A stretch of 63,034 bases of DNA, filler included, from Catajapyx aquilonaris (GCA_000934665.2; 4 parts of 4 records of this genome joined end to end with filler, not necessarily neighbours in it), one strand, 5' to 3'; numbered from the whole stretch's first letter, positions 28,226 to 40,392 are shown. Numbers and translations are program-made. Notes: generated by a model from the letters alone, not told the origin.

Positions 28226-31200
28226 CTATGATTAAGCATTTTATGCCTAGTTCATGCCTATTTTTCCAATTTGGTCAGTTTATTCAAATTTTATGTCCAT
28301 TTTATACCAATTTTACGTCAATTTCATAACAATATATTTTAGGGGCACTCTATGCCCATTTTATATAGGTCACTATTACTTTCTTGTAAGCAATGAGATA
28401 TCTTTTTGATAAATTTGGTTCCCCCCCCCCCACCCTGTGTGCAGTATTATGCTTTACAGACCATATATTCGAGCCGGCTGTAAACAAGCAATCGAGGTGA
28501 ATCCTAGACCGGCCCAAAACATCCACACTAGGATTGGATTTATCCGCGTAAAACGAGTGTGCGAAAATCGCTTAATCCCCATCTACGACTCGGCTGCAGT
28601 GTGCAATAACGCTGGCCAATCGCATCCTGGCAACCGTGTTATGCTATTTTGAGGGAAGAGTAACTGAAAACCGAGGCGTATATAATCCAATTGGGATCCC
28701 CAGCAAAAAAGGAGAGCTCGTCATCTACTTTTCTTCCCTTTTTTTTTGCTTTATCCTTCAAGATAACACGCAAAAAAACAAGTCCATCGCTTCTTTTATG
28801 AGGAAGCCAACTCTCTTACACTTCCCTGGAGGGCGGGGGAGGTGGAGGACGCGACGTCAAAAGGTTTGCTTAGGCCTTAGGGAGTTAGGACCGACTCCGG
28901 TCAATAAGATTTGATACGTGGCAAATGCCAGGACACTGTAAGCCGCGTCAACTCCGAAGAAAATGGCTACCAACGGCAGGCAAATCAATCGAAAAACTTT
29001 TGGAGAAACTCGGGTGATGCAGAAAACTAAAGCGAAACTTTGACGACATATGAGTATGCCCCTAGACACATAAGGTTGCCCTTAGGTACATCTGGTTGCT
29101 CATAGACACATACTGTGGAGGATTTGTCCTAAGATAATTCATTTCATACCCATTTCACACCAAATTTTTTGCAGGTGTCCCATTTCTATTCAGGTATTAT
29201 AAAATGCAAAGTTTGTATGTTTGTTTATCTGTCCGTTTGTTTGTCCAGGGTTAGTACGAGACTGCAGAAACCCTGAAGTGCGAAAGAGTGTGTCCTAGAA
29301 CTGGTGTGGAAATAATTACGCCATGTGTACACATGTTAGAGTTGGGTAGAAAATGATGTCGCTGCTTCTGCATTGCAGGAATCGTGCCAGAAAATAACGT
29401 TGGTCATTTGAATAAATTCTTTTTCTTTCTTTATCTTTTTTTTGGAGGTTTGTTTGCGGAGGGGACTTCCTGAAGGAGGAAAAAAAATTGGGGTAGAAAA
29501 GTGAATCGCGTGCGGTTGTGCCAAGAGTTTCTGGCAATTTGTAGACGCGGATCCGGAAAACGAGGCCCTGTGCTTTGCCAGTCCTAGATATAAACTAAGT
29601 GATGGAGCATACCCCGTTTCGCTTCAAGTGAAAGCTGGGTGCATGCACTCAAATTGCGCCAAATTGTGTTTCAATGTGTTTCAATTGTTCTCATATTCTG
29701 ACCAAGTCAAGCAAAAACCCAAGAGTACAAATTATGTTTTCAACTGTGAAGGACAGTTGCGTGATCTTTCATTCGATAACTTGACAATGAATTTTCAAAA
29801 TGACAAAATTGACGGCAATACGTTTACGTGACAGTACACGCAACCGTATACGTGACGATATGCGTAACGATATGCGTGACCAAAGTAGCTTATAAACAAC
29901 TATGCGACATGGTAAATTTTTTTCTAAACGTGATATATTCACGTCTAAATAAACGTGACGAGTTTAAGTGTATAGGGACAGGTCATAAGTTTGTTTATGC
30001 TCCACATATCAGCCCGTAAATTTTAAACAGATCTATTACACAATACAGAGAAAATCTAAAATCTGTGTCCGATTTATCGACACACATGGTTACCTGTACT
30101 GTCGCACCGGACTTGGGGTCTCCCAACACAAAACCTCAGCACTGGTTAAAAAATCAATCACCGCCGGTAATCAGTAATCACCCCTAACCAACGAAACGAG
30201 AGCAACAGCTCGCTAACAGTCCGTTTGAATTATATATAAACCAGTTGCCAAACCTATCCAACACACTCCCAAAAAAAGTCAGGATGTTGACTCTCGAACC
30301 CTAATTAGCAGATTGTCCCTTCCGTTAGCAGATTGGACCCAGCACTTTAGACGCCTCTCTGTTAGGTTGATTTACGAGATGGGGGAGGTTGAACTATGTA
30401 AGTGCGCCATCTTGGCAATTGTGATCGCTTTGTGTCAGCAGTCAGGTGTAATTGGCTAACAGCATTACGGGGCACACAACACCACAAATTGCCACGTCTT
30501 TACCGGGTCCTTAATGAAGAGCCCCTACCCTCCCCCTGTATTTGAGCTCCCTTAAGTAAATCGAGGCAGAAATGCCTAGTGAAAATTGCATGCAAATTGC
30601 TGGCTGGTAACCAGGGCGAAGATTACAGTCCCTAGAGACCGATAGTCTAATTAATGAAAGCAATAGTTTTTTTTTTCATGGGCTCTTCCTTCCTAGGATG
30701 TAAGTTTTTTTCTGCAAAGTTTAATTTCCTGGGCGACTACCCGAGGTCCATGCCTATCCCGCCCCCTTGTCTGTCAAGTAATTTGCTTTGATGGATATTA
30801 GGAGCAAACCTTCTCCCTCCCCTCCTCCCCCTCATACCAGTTTAATAGTGACGATAGTTCCGGTCGTAAAGTGGATGTTGATTAGAACGGGATTGGCTTG
30901 ATGAATTTGCCCTTACATGCGATGGAACATTTCGATATTGCGCCATACACGATGGGCAAAATTTTTATGCGCACACAGGGCGAGGCTCTATCAGCTTCTT
31001 ATATCCATCATAGATGATTTTCCCAAAAAACAGTGCAAATATTGCGCATAAATGCAGACCGGTTTACTTGAAAAAAAGGAAGCAAGATGCTAATAGTCCA
31101 GTCGTGTAAATATATATTTTTGAAGTACGTACATAATGTCCGAGTTCTAATTTGATTGAGAACAACTTTTGCACATTCGCATGAACATTTATAGATACAC

Positions 31201-31472
31201 TATTCTAAATTCTAAAGATTCCGAAAATTCTGAAAACGATTCAAAAATTCACACAATTCTTGCAATATATTATTCTCACAATTCTAGACAGCCCACGGAC
31301 ACTTATACTACGTTCTGGCGTTATCACCCGCCGAGGCATTTTGCAGCGGGTGCTCACTTGAGACCGCCATGAGACATTTCGGAGGCCAGGGTAAGTGGCG
31401 ACCCTACCGGACTAAGGCTGAACTTTATAGGTACGAAAGGGGAGGGCTACATGCTCGCCCAACATGGCCGCC

Positions 31473-31572
31473 NNNNNNNNNNNNNNNNNNNNNNNNNNNN
31501 NNNNNNNNNNNNNNNNTTAATTAATTAANNNNNNNNNNNNNNNNNNNNNNNNNNNNNNNNNNNNNNNNNNNN
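31473..31572. other. Artificial contig linker
   Basis: 44 N + TTAATTAATTAA + 44 N. Confidence 0.97.
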
Positions 31573-31670
31573 ATGGAAGAGTTCCAGACAAAAAATTGGG
31601 AGAAATCCCCCCCCTAGGAAAGCCCGTAGGCTGATAATGGGGTATCAAATTATTATTATTATTATTATTA
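31573..31670 (+). mobile_element. 3' end of SINE family A
   Basis: GAGTTCCAG..CCCCCCTA..GCTGATAATGGGGTATCAA(ATT)n matches the 3' end of the 50075 copy. Confidence 0.7.
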
Positions 31671-32002
31671 TGTCACACAATTATCTGTGATGCGCGTTGG
31701 CCGAGCTGTAAATGTGTCGGTTGTCAGGTCATTCTTTTATCGATGCAGTATTCCATGCGACGACGATGCATGAATAATGATGATGATGATGATGATAAGA
31801 ACAACAACAATGATGATGATGATAATAATAATAATAATAATAATTCACACTGCAAAACAATCCGATGGATGTAGGTGTTCATTTTTGACTCTACAATAAT
31901 TATTAACAAGAATGAAAACCGTGATCCGACTGTGGTCCGATCACGCTGTTCAAGTCCCATGTGAATGACGTCATTGAGGTGACGTATATCTCGGACATCA
32001 TT

Positions 32003-32151
32003 GTTGAAGGAAACAATGTTGTCTTCGCCGCTCGCTAGTTTTTCACTTCCAGCGATGACTTCCGAAAAATGTGCATTTGTGTTGGAGTTCGGAAGTTATT
32101 GCTGGAAGTGAAAAACTAGCGAATGGCGAAGACAACATTGTTTCCTTCAAC
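32003..32151. mobile_element. Palindromic MITE-like element upstream of the first visible MSH6 exon (presumed intron)
   Basis: GTTGAAGGAAACAATGTTGTCTTCGCC...GGCGAAGACAACATTGTTTCCTTCAAC; ~62 bp arms. Confidence 0.75.
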
Positions 32152-32157
32152 TCTCAA

Positions 32158-32247
32158 GCTCTCATGCTATACCGGTAGCGTACTGTACAAAGTAGTGTAC
32201 CACTGTACACTACTTTGTACAGTACCCTGCCGGTGTAGCATGAGAGC
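32158..32247. repeat. Near-perfect 43-bp hairpin with 4-nt loop (MITE-like)
   Basis: GCTCTCATGCTATACCGG..GTACTGTACAAAGTAGTGTAC-cact-GTACACTACTTTGTACAGTAC..CCGGTGTAGCATGAGAGC. Confidence 0.8.
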
Positions 32248-32581
32248 GCCTTTTTCAGTGCAACCCGCAAGGCTAAAGAGCTGCTCAACCAGATTCAAGC
32301 CACCGCACCTGCCCGTCCGTGCCAGTCAATTCGAACAGAAAGTAGGATGTGACGTCATGCGATACGGCCGTAATAAATAAATTGATTACTGCCGTATATC
32401 TAATTGTTTTATAAAACCGACGATCTACGATTTTTCCCCACCCCCTCGCGCGCGCTTGACCTGTGACTGAAACACCCTGTATATTCCGCATTTAAAAAAT
32501 GTTCTGCCTTTTTTGTAGCAGATCAAGGGATATATAGGCTATTTGCATATTGAGTAATAATTCCCCTCTCTCTTCCACCAG

Positions 32582-33368
32582 GATCAGTTCAGCAGGACAC
32601 AAAATCAACGATCAAAATGACCCATTGAAATCCCACCCAGATTCTCGTGCCATCTTTTACGATAGAAGTTTCTCCGGCACACAGATTCGGCATTTTGTTT
32701 CTCTCTTGCGGGGATTTGCAGCCTGCGAGAAGCTTTTGGTCACCTTGAAGGATCTTACTCCCAAGTTGGAGTCTGATCTTCTCCGTCGATGCCTTACCCT
32801 TAAGAGCAATGGGGGAAGCTTTCCTGACTACCATGATGCTCTAGCATACTTTGAGGATTCATTTGATTACAAGAGAGCAGAAGCAGAAGGGTGCATCACT
32901 CCAGGCCCGGGTGCAGTGGAATATTACGACAGAATAGAGAGGGCAATGAATGATGTGCGCAGTAAAGCTACAGCATGCATGAAGACCCATGAGAAGTTTT
33001 TTGGCTGCAAATGTGCCTGGGTGGGCTGTGGTCGCATCCGTTTTTTGCTTGAGGTTCCTGAGCCATATGCCAACAAGGCCGATTCCAAGTATGAACTGCA
33101 AGGAAAACGCAAAGGTTTTCGACGTTTTTACACAGAGGAAGGCCGAATGCTGCATGAAGCAACAGTCATCAATGAGGGAATACGTGAGAAGACATTGGAA
33201 GAGATTGGCCGAATGTACTTCCGTGCTTTTTCTAAGAATGATGAAATCTGGAGGGAAGCTCTCCAGTGCATGTCAACCGTAGATGTCCTGGTGTCTCTTG
33301 CCTCTTATGTGTTGGGGGCAGATGGAGATATGTGTCGTCCGGAATTTGTATCAGCACCTCAAGGAAAG
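32582..33368 (+). CDS. MSH6: DNA mismatch repair protein MSH6, internal exon (core/clamp region); 5' exons not in this contig
   Basis: HPDSRAIFY, RFLLEVPE, YELQGKRKGFRRFYT and MCRPEF motifs typical of MSH6; pyrimidine-rich acceptor CCACCAG| and donor AAG|GTAAAA. Confidence 0.93.
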
Positions 33369-33458
33369 GTAAAAATCATCATTTGTAGTCAGGTCACAGA
33401 ATTAATGAGGTTTGAGATAAATAACTGGTAAGAAAATCCGTGTTTGTGTTTTATATTT

Positions 33459-33715
33459 GAGGGGTGTGGTGGGAAAAGGTGATAGCCCTAATTTTTGTCA
33501 TTTTTGAGCTGGACACCTAGCAACTACTCATATGTAAAAGACATGACAAACAGTTGGGTGGACTCTTTTAAGTTCACGTATCAAGCATGATATGGCCACA
33601 CAGACTAGATCAAAACCTGCATTCCCTATGATTTGTTAAGAGAGTGCAAACTTAAATTCACTCTCTTGAAAAATGACACTTTTGTGGGTTATCACCTGTT
33701 CCCACCGTACCCCTT
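33459..33715. mobile_element. Sola-like MITE in MSH6 intron (second copy 59122-59360)
   Basis: ATTT|GAGGGGTGTGGTGGGAAAAGGTGATAGCCC...GGGTTATCACCTGTTCCCACCGTACCCCTT|ATTT; 4-bp TSD and GAG start. Confidence 0.7.
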
Positions 33716-34249
33716 ATTTGTGCATTTGATGAAGGCAAACCTACGTAACCTAATTGAAAATAATGTTGAACAGGAAGCAATAGGAGCAAGAGAAAATATG
33801 GGGTGCTTTACTGAGTTCCCAGAGCATACCATACACAGGTGTTTGCTGAACATATGGAAATCTATTAGTAGATTACAATAATATTTTTGTTCATAGGTAT
33901 TGGAAAAGATCAATATTATTCTTGTCATGGAAGCGCAAGAGTCTTCTTCGCCTGTTTTTCACCCCTCTCCTTAAACATGAATTTTGACATGTGTATGAAC
34001 ATGTTTTCAAGCTGTCAAAATTGTTCATTCCCTTTGCTGGGCAAGCTTTTCAGTAACTGAAGGACTGGAGGATGTAATGATATTGATACAATTTCAAAAG
34101 CAGGTTATTTGTCACAAACTATTTGCTGGTTTCTTAAAATCAGGTAGATTGTACAGAAATGGTGCAACTCGTATATCATTAGGGTAGCAAAACTAGGATG
34201 TCTTAAGGATCTTCTATTATTGTGCATGATATATTGTAATTTATGGCAG

Positions 34250-34450
34250 CCTTTCCTGGACATTCGTGGTGGGAGGCATCCATGTTTGGATAAGACTATG
34301 AGTGCTGGCGCTTTGATTGCCAATGATATCAAGCTTGGCTTGTGTGATGATGGTGGGCAGGCACCTGTGCTGCTGCTGACTGGACCCAACATGGGAGGCA
34401 AGTCTACACTGATGCGGCAGGCAGCTCTTTTGGTGATCTTGGCACAGATG
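34250..34450 (+). CDS. MSH6: MSH6 exon with Walker A
   Basis: PFLDIRGGRHPC...LLTGPNMGGKSTLMRQ...AQM; CAG| and |GTGAGT, phase 0 at both ends. Confidence 0.96.
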
Positions 34451-34518
34451 GTGAGTGAGAGCAAGGAGGGCTTTCTCATCATTTTCATCCACTACTTATT
34501 GGTTTTTATATATTGTAG

Positions 34519-34848
34519 GGGTGTAAGGTTCCAGCAGAGAGTTGCAAACTCAGCCCTGTGGATCATGTTTTCACACGAATGGGTGCCTCCGATGATATTC
34601 TGGCCAACCAGAGCACCTTGTTTGTGGAACTGAATGAAACAGCAGTGATTTTGGACCGTGCCTCCCAACACTCGCTTGCAATTATCGACGAGCTTGGACG
34701 AGGGACTGCCACACACGATGGCACAGCTCTTGCGGCGGGAGCTGCAAAGAAGCTGACCGAATTAGGATGCCGCACGTTATTCTCCACACACTACCATTTC
34801 CTTGTTGAAAAGCTGCGCCTACATCCTTTGATCACTGTAGGACACATG
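34519..34848 (+). CDS. MSH6: MSH6 exon with Walker B
   Basis: GCKVPAESCKLSPVDHVFTRMGASD...IIDELGRGTATHDG...FSTHYH...GHM; TAG| and |GTAAGC. Confidence 0.96.
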
Positions 34849-34908
34849 GTAAGCAAGTCCTTTGTGCCTGTGATTGTGATGATATGTAACTATTATCTTG
34901 TGTTGCAG

Positions 34909-35199
34909 GAGAGCCTAGTCACTTCCGAGCCAGAGGAAGAAGGCAGTGACATTCCCTCCAAAGAAAAGGTTACTTTCCTCTATAAGCTGAAGGAGGGGAT
35001 CTGCCCTAAATCCTATGGGTTTAATGTAGCCCAACTAGCCGGAATTCCCGAGTCAGTCATTGCTGTGGGCCGGAGTCAGACTTTCAAATTGACAACCACA
35101 AGTTCTTGTGAGACTGCATTAGCTGCCATTTTTACTCTTGGGGAAGGTGATATCAACCTGGATAAATTAGCCAGGGGCATTGACTTTCAGGATAAGTAA
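34909..35199 (+). CDS. MSH6: MSH6 last coding exon (HTH dimerisation region)
   Basis: VTFLYKLKEGICPKSYGFNVAQLAGIPESVI...TAA; TTGCAG| acceptor; AATAAA at 35986. Confidence 0.93.
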   Translation, partial: ESLVTSEPEEEGSDIPSKEKVTFLYKLKEGICPKSYGFNVAQLAGIPESVIAVGRSQTFKLTTTSSCETALAAIFTLGEGDINLDKLARGIDFQDK

Positions 35200-35219
35200 A
35201 TGTGATAACCTGAACAAGC

Positions 35220-35870
35220 CACATGCTTGCATGATTCTGTCAAGCGAGCGGCCAACCAGGGTTACACACCATGAAGTACAATATTCGGAGATGTTTGTAT
35301 GTTATATTGCTGTTCTTGGATTCTTGGAGTCACTCATCCAAAACAGCTAGTATTAAGTTTTTCCTTTCCTTGGTCAACTATGTAATTCGGAAAATTGGCA
35401 TTTATTTGGATATAACGACCTTTTTATTGATCCCAAAAAGATTTAAAATGTAAGTGTTGATGCTAGAACAGCCCAAGTCAGATGTAAAAGCACTAGGGAT
35501 AAAAGTGGGTAATTGACCTTTGGAATCCCTAAAGTAAGTGTGATATTCGAAAAAAATCCATATGCTTGCATGATTCCATGAAGCAAGCTGCAAGCCAGTA
35601 TTAATCTCAGTGAAGTCCAATATTCGGAGTTATTTTGTGTTACGTGGCTATTCTGGATATCGTTTGTAGTGGTAACTCATCCAAAATAGCTACTTGTCTT
35701 ATGTTTTTCTTTACCTTGATCAGCTGTTTTGCAGAAAATTGGCATTCAATTATGATATAACTACCTCTTTTTATTGATTCCAATGAGATGATTAAAATGC
35801 AAGCATGGATGCCAGAGTGCAACCAAGCCCAGAAGTAAAAGAACTTAAAATGGGTAAAAGTAAGTGACAC
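35220..35870. repeat. Diverged ~340-bp tandem duplication downstream of the MSH6 stop
   Basis: ATGCTTGCATGATT, CAATATTCGGAG, ACTCATCCAAAA.AGCTA and AAAATTGGCATT each occur twice in the same order. Confidence 0.8.
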
Positions 35871-36529
35871 ACATTTCTCTCCTCACTCTCCCTTGCTCTG
35901 CAACCCCCTCCCCCTGTCGTTTTACCCTCCTCTCCTGCAAATGCCAAGATACTCTGCTTAAACGTGTAATTTTTTGTTACGAGGAAATAAAAGACTGATC
36001 ATTTTTGATGCAATTTTGTGCGTTTTGAAAGCAAACCCAAGAAACAAGACATTCCCATTAGTATGGAAATAAATTATGTGTAAGATGTCTAAATTAAATG
36101 TCTGGTCGACTGCATACGTCATACTGTCATGTCAGTTTGTGTGCTCTGAACTATTTAAGACCTGAACCTAAGACTCGCCTTGGCGTTATCCATGCAACGG
36201 GCCTATGGGAGTCAGAACTACAGGATATTTCACTAGGTAACCCCCAAAGGAACCAACTATATTTTTCTTCCCACTCGACCTAGAAACAGGACATTTGGTT
36301 TACAATTTCCTTTGGTTCATGGAAAGTAGCACCATTCACAATAAATGATGGAATTGTCTTCCACCGACATACAGACACGCTCATTGTAGTACAGTGCTAA
36401 ACAATCATTTTTGATTCACTATGAAATATTTTGTTTAACCTGCTGGCAAAGCATTGAGTGGAAAAAGAGTAACATTCTGGCACCTTTAATCGTTATTAAT
36501 AATAAACTAATGAGCATTTCACGTTTATA

Positions 36530-36690
36530 CGAGGGTTGTTCTGAAAATAAGTTTCCCTTCGCGATTATTTCCGAAAGTATTGTACAGTCCTGAGCACAAA
36601 GTTGGAGAAACTCCGGGCTTTCTCTAACCATTATCCGACTCAAGTTAATGCCCTCTTTTTGGACCAAGTTAGCTGCTTTAGGCTTGTGTT
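36530..36690 (-). mobile_element. Mariner 3' terminus relic
   Basis: TA|CGAGGGTTGTTCTGAAAATAAG mariner-type TIR; degenerate transposase C-terminus-like peptide on - strand. Confidence 0.5.
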
Positions 36691-36959
36691 TGTGTATTTT
36701 TAACCGTGTATTGATATCGTGGCAGGGATTGGTAGAGCACCCTGCTGAAGGGGAGGTCCTGCCATCTCCAACTTGATGCTCGGGACCGTACGTATGGGGA
36801 AATTTATACCGTTTGCAGATGGAGGCCATTATTCTGCATGGGTGAGCCAAATGGTCTCTGTGCACTTCACGCATGCGCAGGAGTAAGCGGAAGAAAGCAA
36901 CTTTTGTGCTGATTGTGCCCACTCCATAAGCGCTTGAGTCAAGAGACTTGGACAAAAGA

Positions 36960-38205
36960 TGAAGTGCTGGCGGTTATCCACTAGTTCCACTTCCATGTCA
37001 TGGTCCAGACAACTATTAAGGATTTTTAATGGACTTACCCAGCCGTTAAGGCCCTTACACAAGCCCTTACACTAAGAACAAATACACAAAAATAACTGCA
37101 ACCATCAAGTTTTAAAACACTGGCAATCAAGCATCGTTCCAGTCAAGTCATCCATCCAACCAGTCAACCAGTCCACGAACCACCAGTCATCCAGTCCACA
37201 CGCCATCACATCACCAATCATCCAGTAATCAAGTCACCATCGTCGTCATCATCCAGCCACCAAGCCAACAATCGTTAGGCCGTTGCCTCATCCTCCACCA
37301 CTCGTCCAGTCAACAAGCCGCCAGTTATCCATCCACCAACCACCAAGCCATCAGTCATCACGTCACCATTCATCCAATCAACAAGCTGCCAGTGAACCAT
37401 CGAACTAGACGTCAGCCATCCACCATTCATCCAGTCATCAAGTCGTCAGGCCAATGGTCCAATTCCCCCCTCCTCCTCAGCTGCTCAGGCGTTTTCTACC
37501 CCGAGGTACCGGTCTACCCTCAAGCAAAACTTGTTGAAGGGGACCCTAGCCACTGTCGTAGAAGTCACCAACGAACAGGGCCAGCCCCGCCTCAGGCTGG
37601 TCACAGCTGTCCTCAAGTGTCCCCGAGCCTCGCCCACCAACGGAAGAGTACATGTCCATAGAAGGGATGGACTTGACCTTACTGGCGTGCGGGAGGGTAG
37701 TAGTCGGTGGGGGCAGCGGGCTGTGTCGCAAATATAGGTCTGTATCCGCAAGGAAGGAAGGTTAGGCTTGGTTAGGCTTGGTTGGTACAGCATACCCCTT
37801 CCAAAATCCAAAAAATCAATCTTTGCATCCTTGCCTTTGCGACATAGCCAAGCTGCCCCCAGCCACCACTCACCCTCCTGCCTCCCGCATGCCAGTAAGG
37901 ATTACTCTTTCCTTGCTCTTTCTCATAAAAGATGATCTGAATCCTGCATTCCAGCTCCGCAAGGACAGACTCCCACACAGGCCCAGCACTCCCCCAGTCT
38001 ACCAAATCTGACCAAGTAAGCCAGAAAGGGCCTGTGACCTGAGATGAACCGGGCCACGTGCCCATGGATATGGACAGCTGTGTTCACGGCGGGAACGAAT
38101 CCAAAACACCACTTCTTCCAGCTGCTCTCCCATTGTACCTGCCAGTCCCGCTGTGCCCGAGCCAAAATCTTCTGTTTCAAGAAGGCACGGGAGAAGGGGA
38201 GATAA
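36960..38205 (-). mobile_element. 5'-truncated R1-clade-like non-LTR retrotransposon (ORF2 C-terminus plus 3' region); lower boundary approximate
   Basis: WQVQW...FVPAV...RFISGHRPFLAYLVRFG...CPCG...SDHLL (37923-38180) matches the C-terminal zinc-knuckle region of R1-type ORF2; degenerate CCATCCAGTCA repeats at 37130-37450. Confidence 0.7.
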
Positions 38206-38240
38206 AGACGATGAGGTCACTGTCTGGTCGAGACAACTCA

Positions 38241-38359
38241 GACAGTGACCCGTCGGTCAGTGCGAATCAGGGCATTCACAGGTTCGACGTTCATCTTAGT
38301 AATCACTCTCTCGACGGCCTTCCAAGCTGCTGGTCCTCTGCCAAACTGTCACGGCCACT
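38241..38359 (-). pseudogene. Mariner transposase N-terminal HTH fragment (frameshifted)
   Basis: SGRDSLAEDQQLGRPSR / VITKMNVEPVNALIRTDRRVTV resembles the GRP...V..LIR.DRR.TV motif. Confidence 0.7.
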
Positions 38360-39675
38360 TGCTGTGGGTTACTGTGGATACTATTGCCAGTTCAGCATTT
38401 GCAGTAGGCCTACTTCCATACATCTGTTGCTGTTGCCAGGGAGTCAGTTGTTTACTGCTGCCTGATGTGGAGCATTCATCAGCATCTGACATTGCCTATT
38501 GTCAGGGGTGCACAGTGTTATATGGATTATGTATGACTTACAATAATTTGTTGATATACTGTACTGCCATACTGAGAGCTAAAATGAAGAAATAGCAAAA
38601 ATTGAGAAAAAACTTAAAATGTGACTGCCTTAGTCGTAGTATAATTATTTTGGTGTGGGAATGAGACCTTGGGATACTGGAGTTATCCTGGAAAGCCTTT
38701 GCACTTACAATTCAGTTGAACCAATTTAATATGGTACAAATACATCTCACCTTGTGAGGCTTCCTCGCTTTTAGGTCGGTCAGCTCGAATTGTAATGGGG
38801 GTATTACAGTCGATTTGAAACTCTTTTAGAATGGTCCATGTTGCTCAAGCAGCTTCTGGCTATTTCATCATTGAAGGAAGGTATAAGTATCTCCATCACA
38901 TAGTAGTTAACAACTAAATATGTTGGATATGTAGTAATGGCAGACTGGCACCTGGCACACTAAATATAAAATACTGTATAGATAAATATTTGTTACCCTA
39001 TTATACAAGTATGCTGCCTGCATTGTCATTGAGGGCATCTCTTGTTCTGTATTTGACGGTATTTGTGTTGGATTTTGAGAGTGGGAGGAAATGGGATAAT
39101 ATCCCAGGAAAACCCACTTAAGAATGGACAGGGCATGAATGCTTTTCACATGATAAGTTTGATGATCGAAGGAAGGACCTCAGATTGAGGTGTTAGCTTG
39201 GTGTCAGTGATCTGATAGTCACTACCGGTAACACCGCTGTGTCTGTTGTGATGTCCCCCAACACATGTATTGCATTTGATTGCATCCAGTCGCAGTGCAG
39301 TAAATGTTTTAGTTTTGATTTGGTTTTAGTTTTGGGTCAATATTTGGTGAAATGTCAAATTGAGTATGGTAAGAAGTTATTTACCAACAATAATAAGCAT
39401 AATTATGTAATTGTGTATTATTGTGGCGCAGGCGAAAGTTTGAAAGCGTACTATACAGTACTGTACGTGAAAGCGGGTATTTCAGCGCCCTCCTGCGGGT
39501 ATTTTTTGTATTTACTATTGGCAAGTGGCAACCCTGATTGCACAAGTGGAAAAAAACAAAAAAACCAAATCAAATATGGAGGAAGGCTAGTGTGGAATTT
39601 CTGCACACGTGCTTCTCTGTTCAGCTCGGTTCAGCTTTACTATTGAATCGTCCTTGACTAGCGAAGACTCCTAAA

Positions 39676-39752
39676 ATGGGCAGAAAAATACGCGGAAAGA
39701 AGCACAGAGGTGTTAAAGACCCTGAGGAGCAACATAAAAGAGTGCTGGAAAG
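39676..39752 (+). CDS. CCDC137: Coiled-coil domain-containing protein 137, exon 1
   Basis: AAAATG start; MGRKIRGKKHRGVKDPEEQ resembles the arthropod CCDC137 N-terminus; AG|GTAAGC donor, phase 2. Confidence 0.85.
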
Positions 39753-40074
39753 GTAAGCTGCAGTCATGATCCGTGTGTCACCTATTGCCACATAGGCCAT
39801 GTGACCACAATATTGAGCTGTTTTGGACCTGTCGAGTGATGGGCCTCATAACTGCATGGTTTTGTTGGACACAGGTGAGGATTGTGTGTTGGGTAGATGG
39901 CCTGAACATGGCAGAACATAGCTTCCTGTTCTCCAGGAAGCACCTGGTCTTCGATCACTCAACGCTTACATTGCTCGATGTTACATCCAACAGAGCCATT
40001 GCTCGCTTTTGGGACTACATATCCAATATGTGACTACTGGTATATCTTTAACTGGTGCATATCTGGCATTTTAG

Positions 40075-40354
40075 GACACTTAAGAAGAAGAATAATGTGC
40101 CCCAAGATCCCAGCCAGCAAGAGATCCCACGGAAAGTGAAGATGTTAATGGAATCGAAATTGACCAAACCTCACATTGTTAAGGGGAAGAAGAAACGTAA
40201 AGTTATGCCACGCCTCATTGATTCAAGCAGATTTTTAGAACGAGAGGTTCACCTGCCAGGGATGAAGAAGCCATTGAAGCCAGTACCAGTGCTAAAACAG
40301 ATGCCAGGAGAGTCTGCACGGCATTATATGACTCGAGTACATTATGCTACAAAG
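40075..40354 (+). CDS. CCDC137: CCDC137 exon 2
   Basis: TTTTAG| phase 2 fits exon 1; QEIPRK...KPVPVLKQMPGES..YMTRV; AAG|GTGGGC donor. Confidence 0.85.
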
Positions 40355-40392
40355 GTGGGCTATTTTAATATGGTTGTATCAGGGGGCTTGCA

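Noticed and set aside
36419..36955. 178-aa minus-strand ORF
   Set aside because: Crosses a mariner terminus and other repeat debris; no family resemblance over its length
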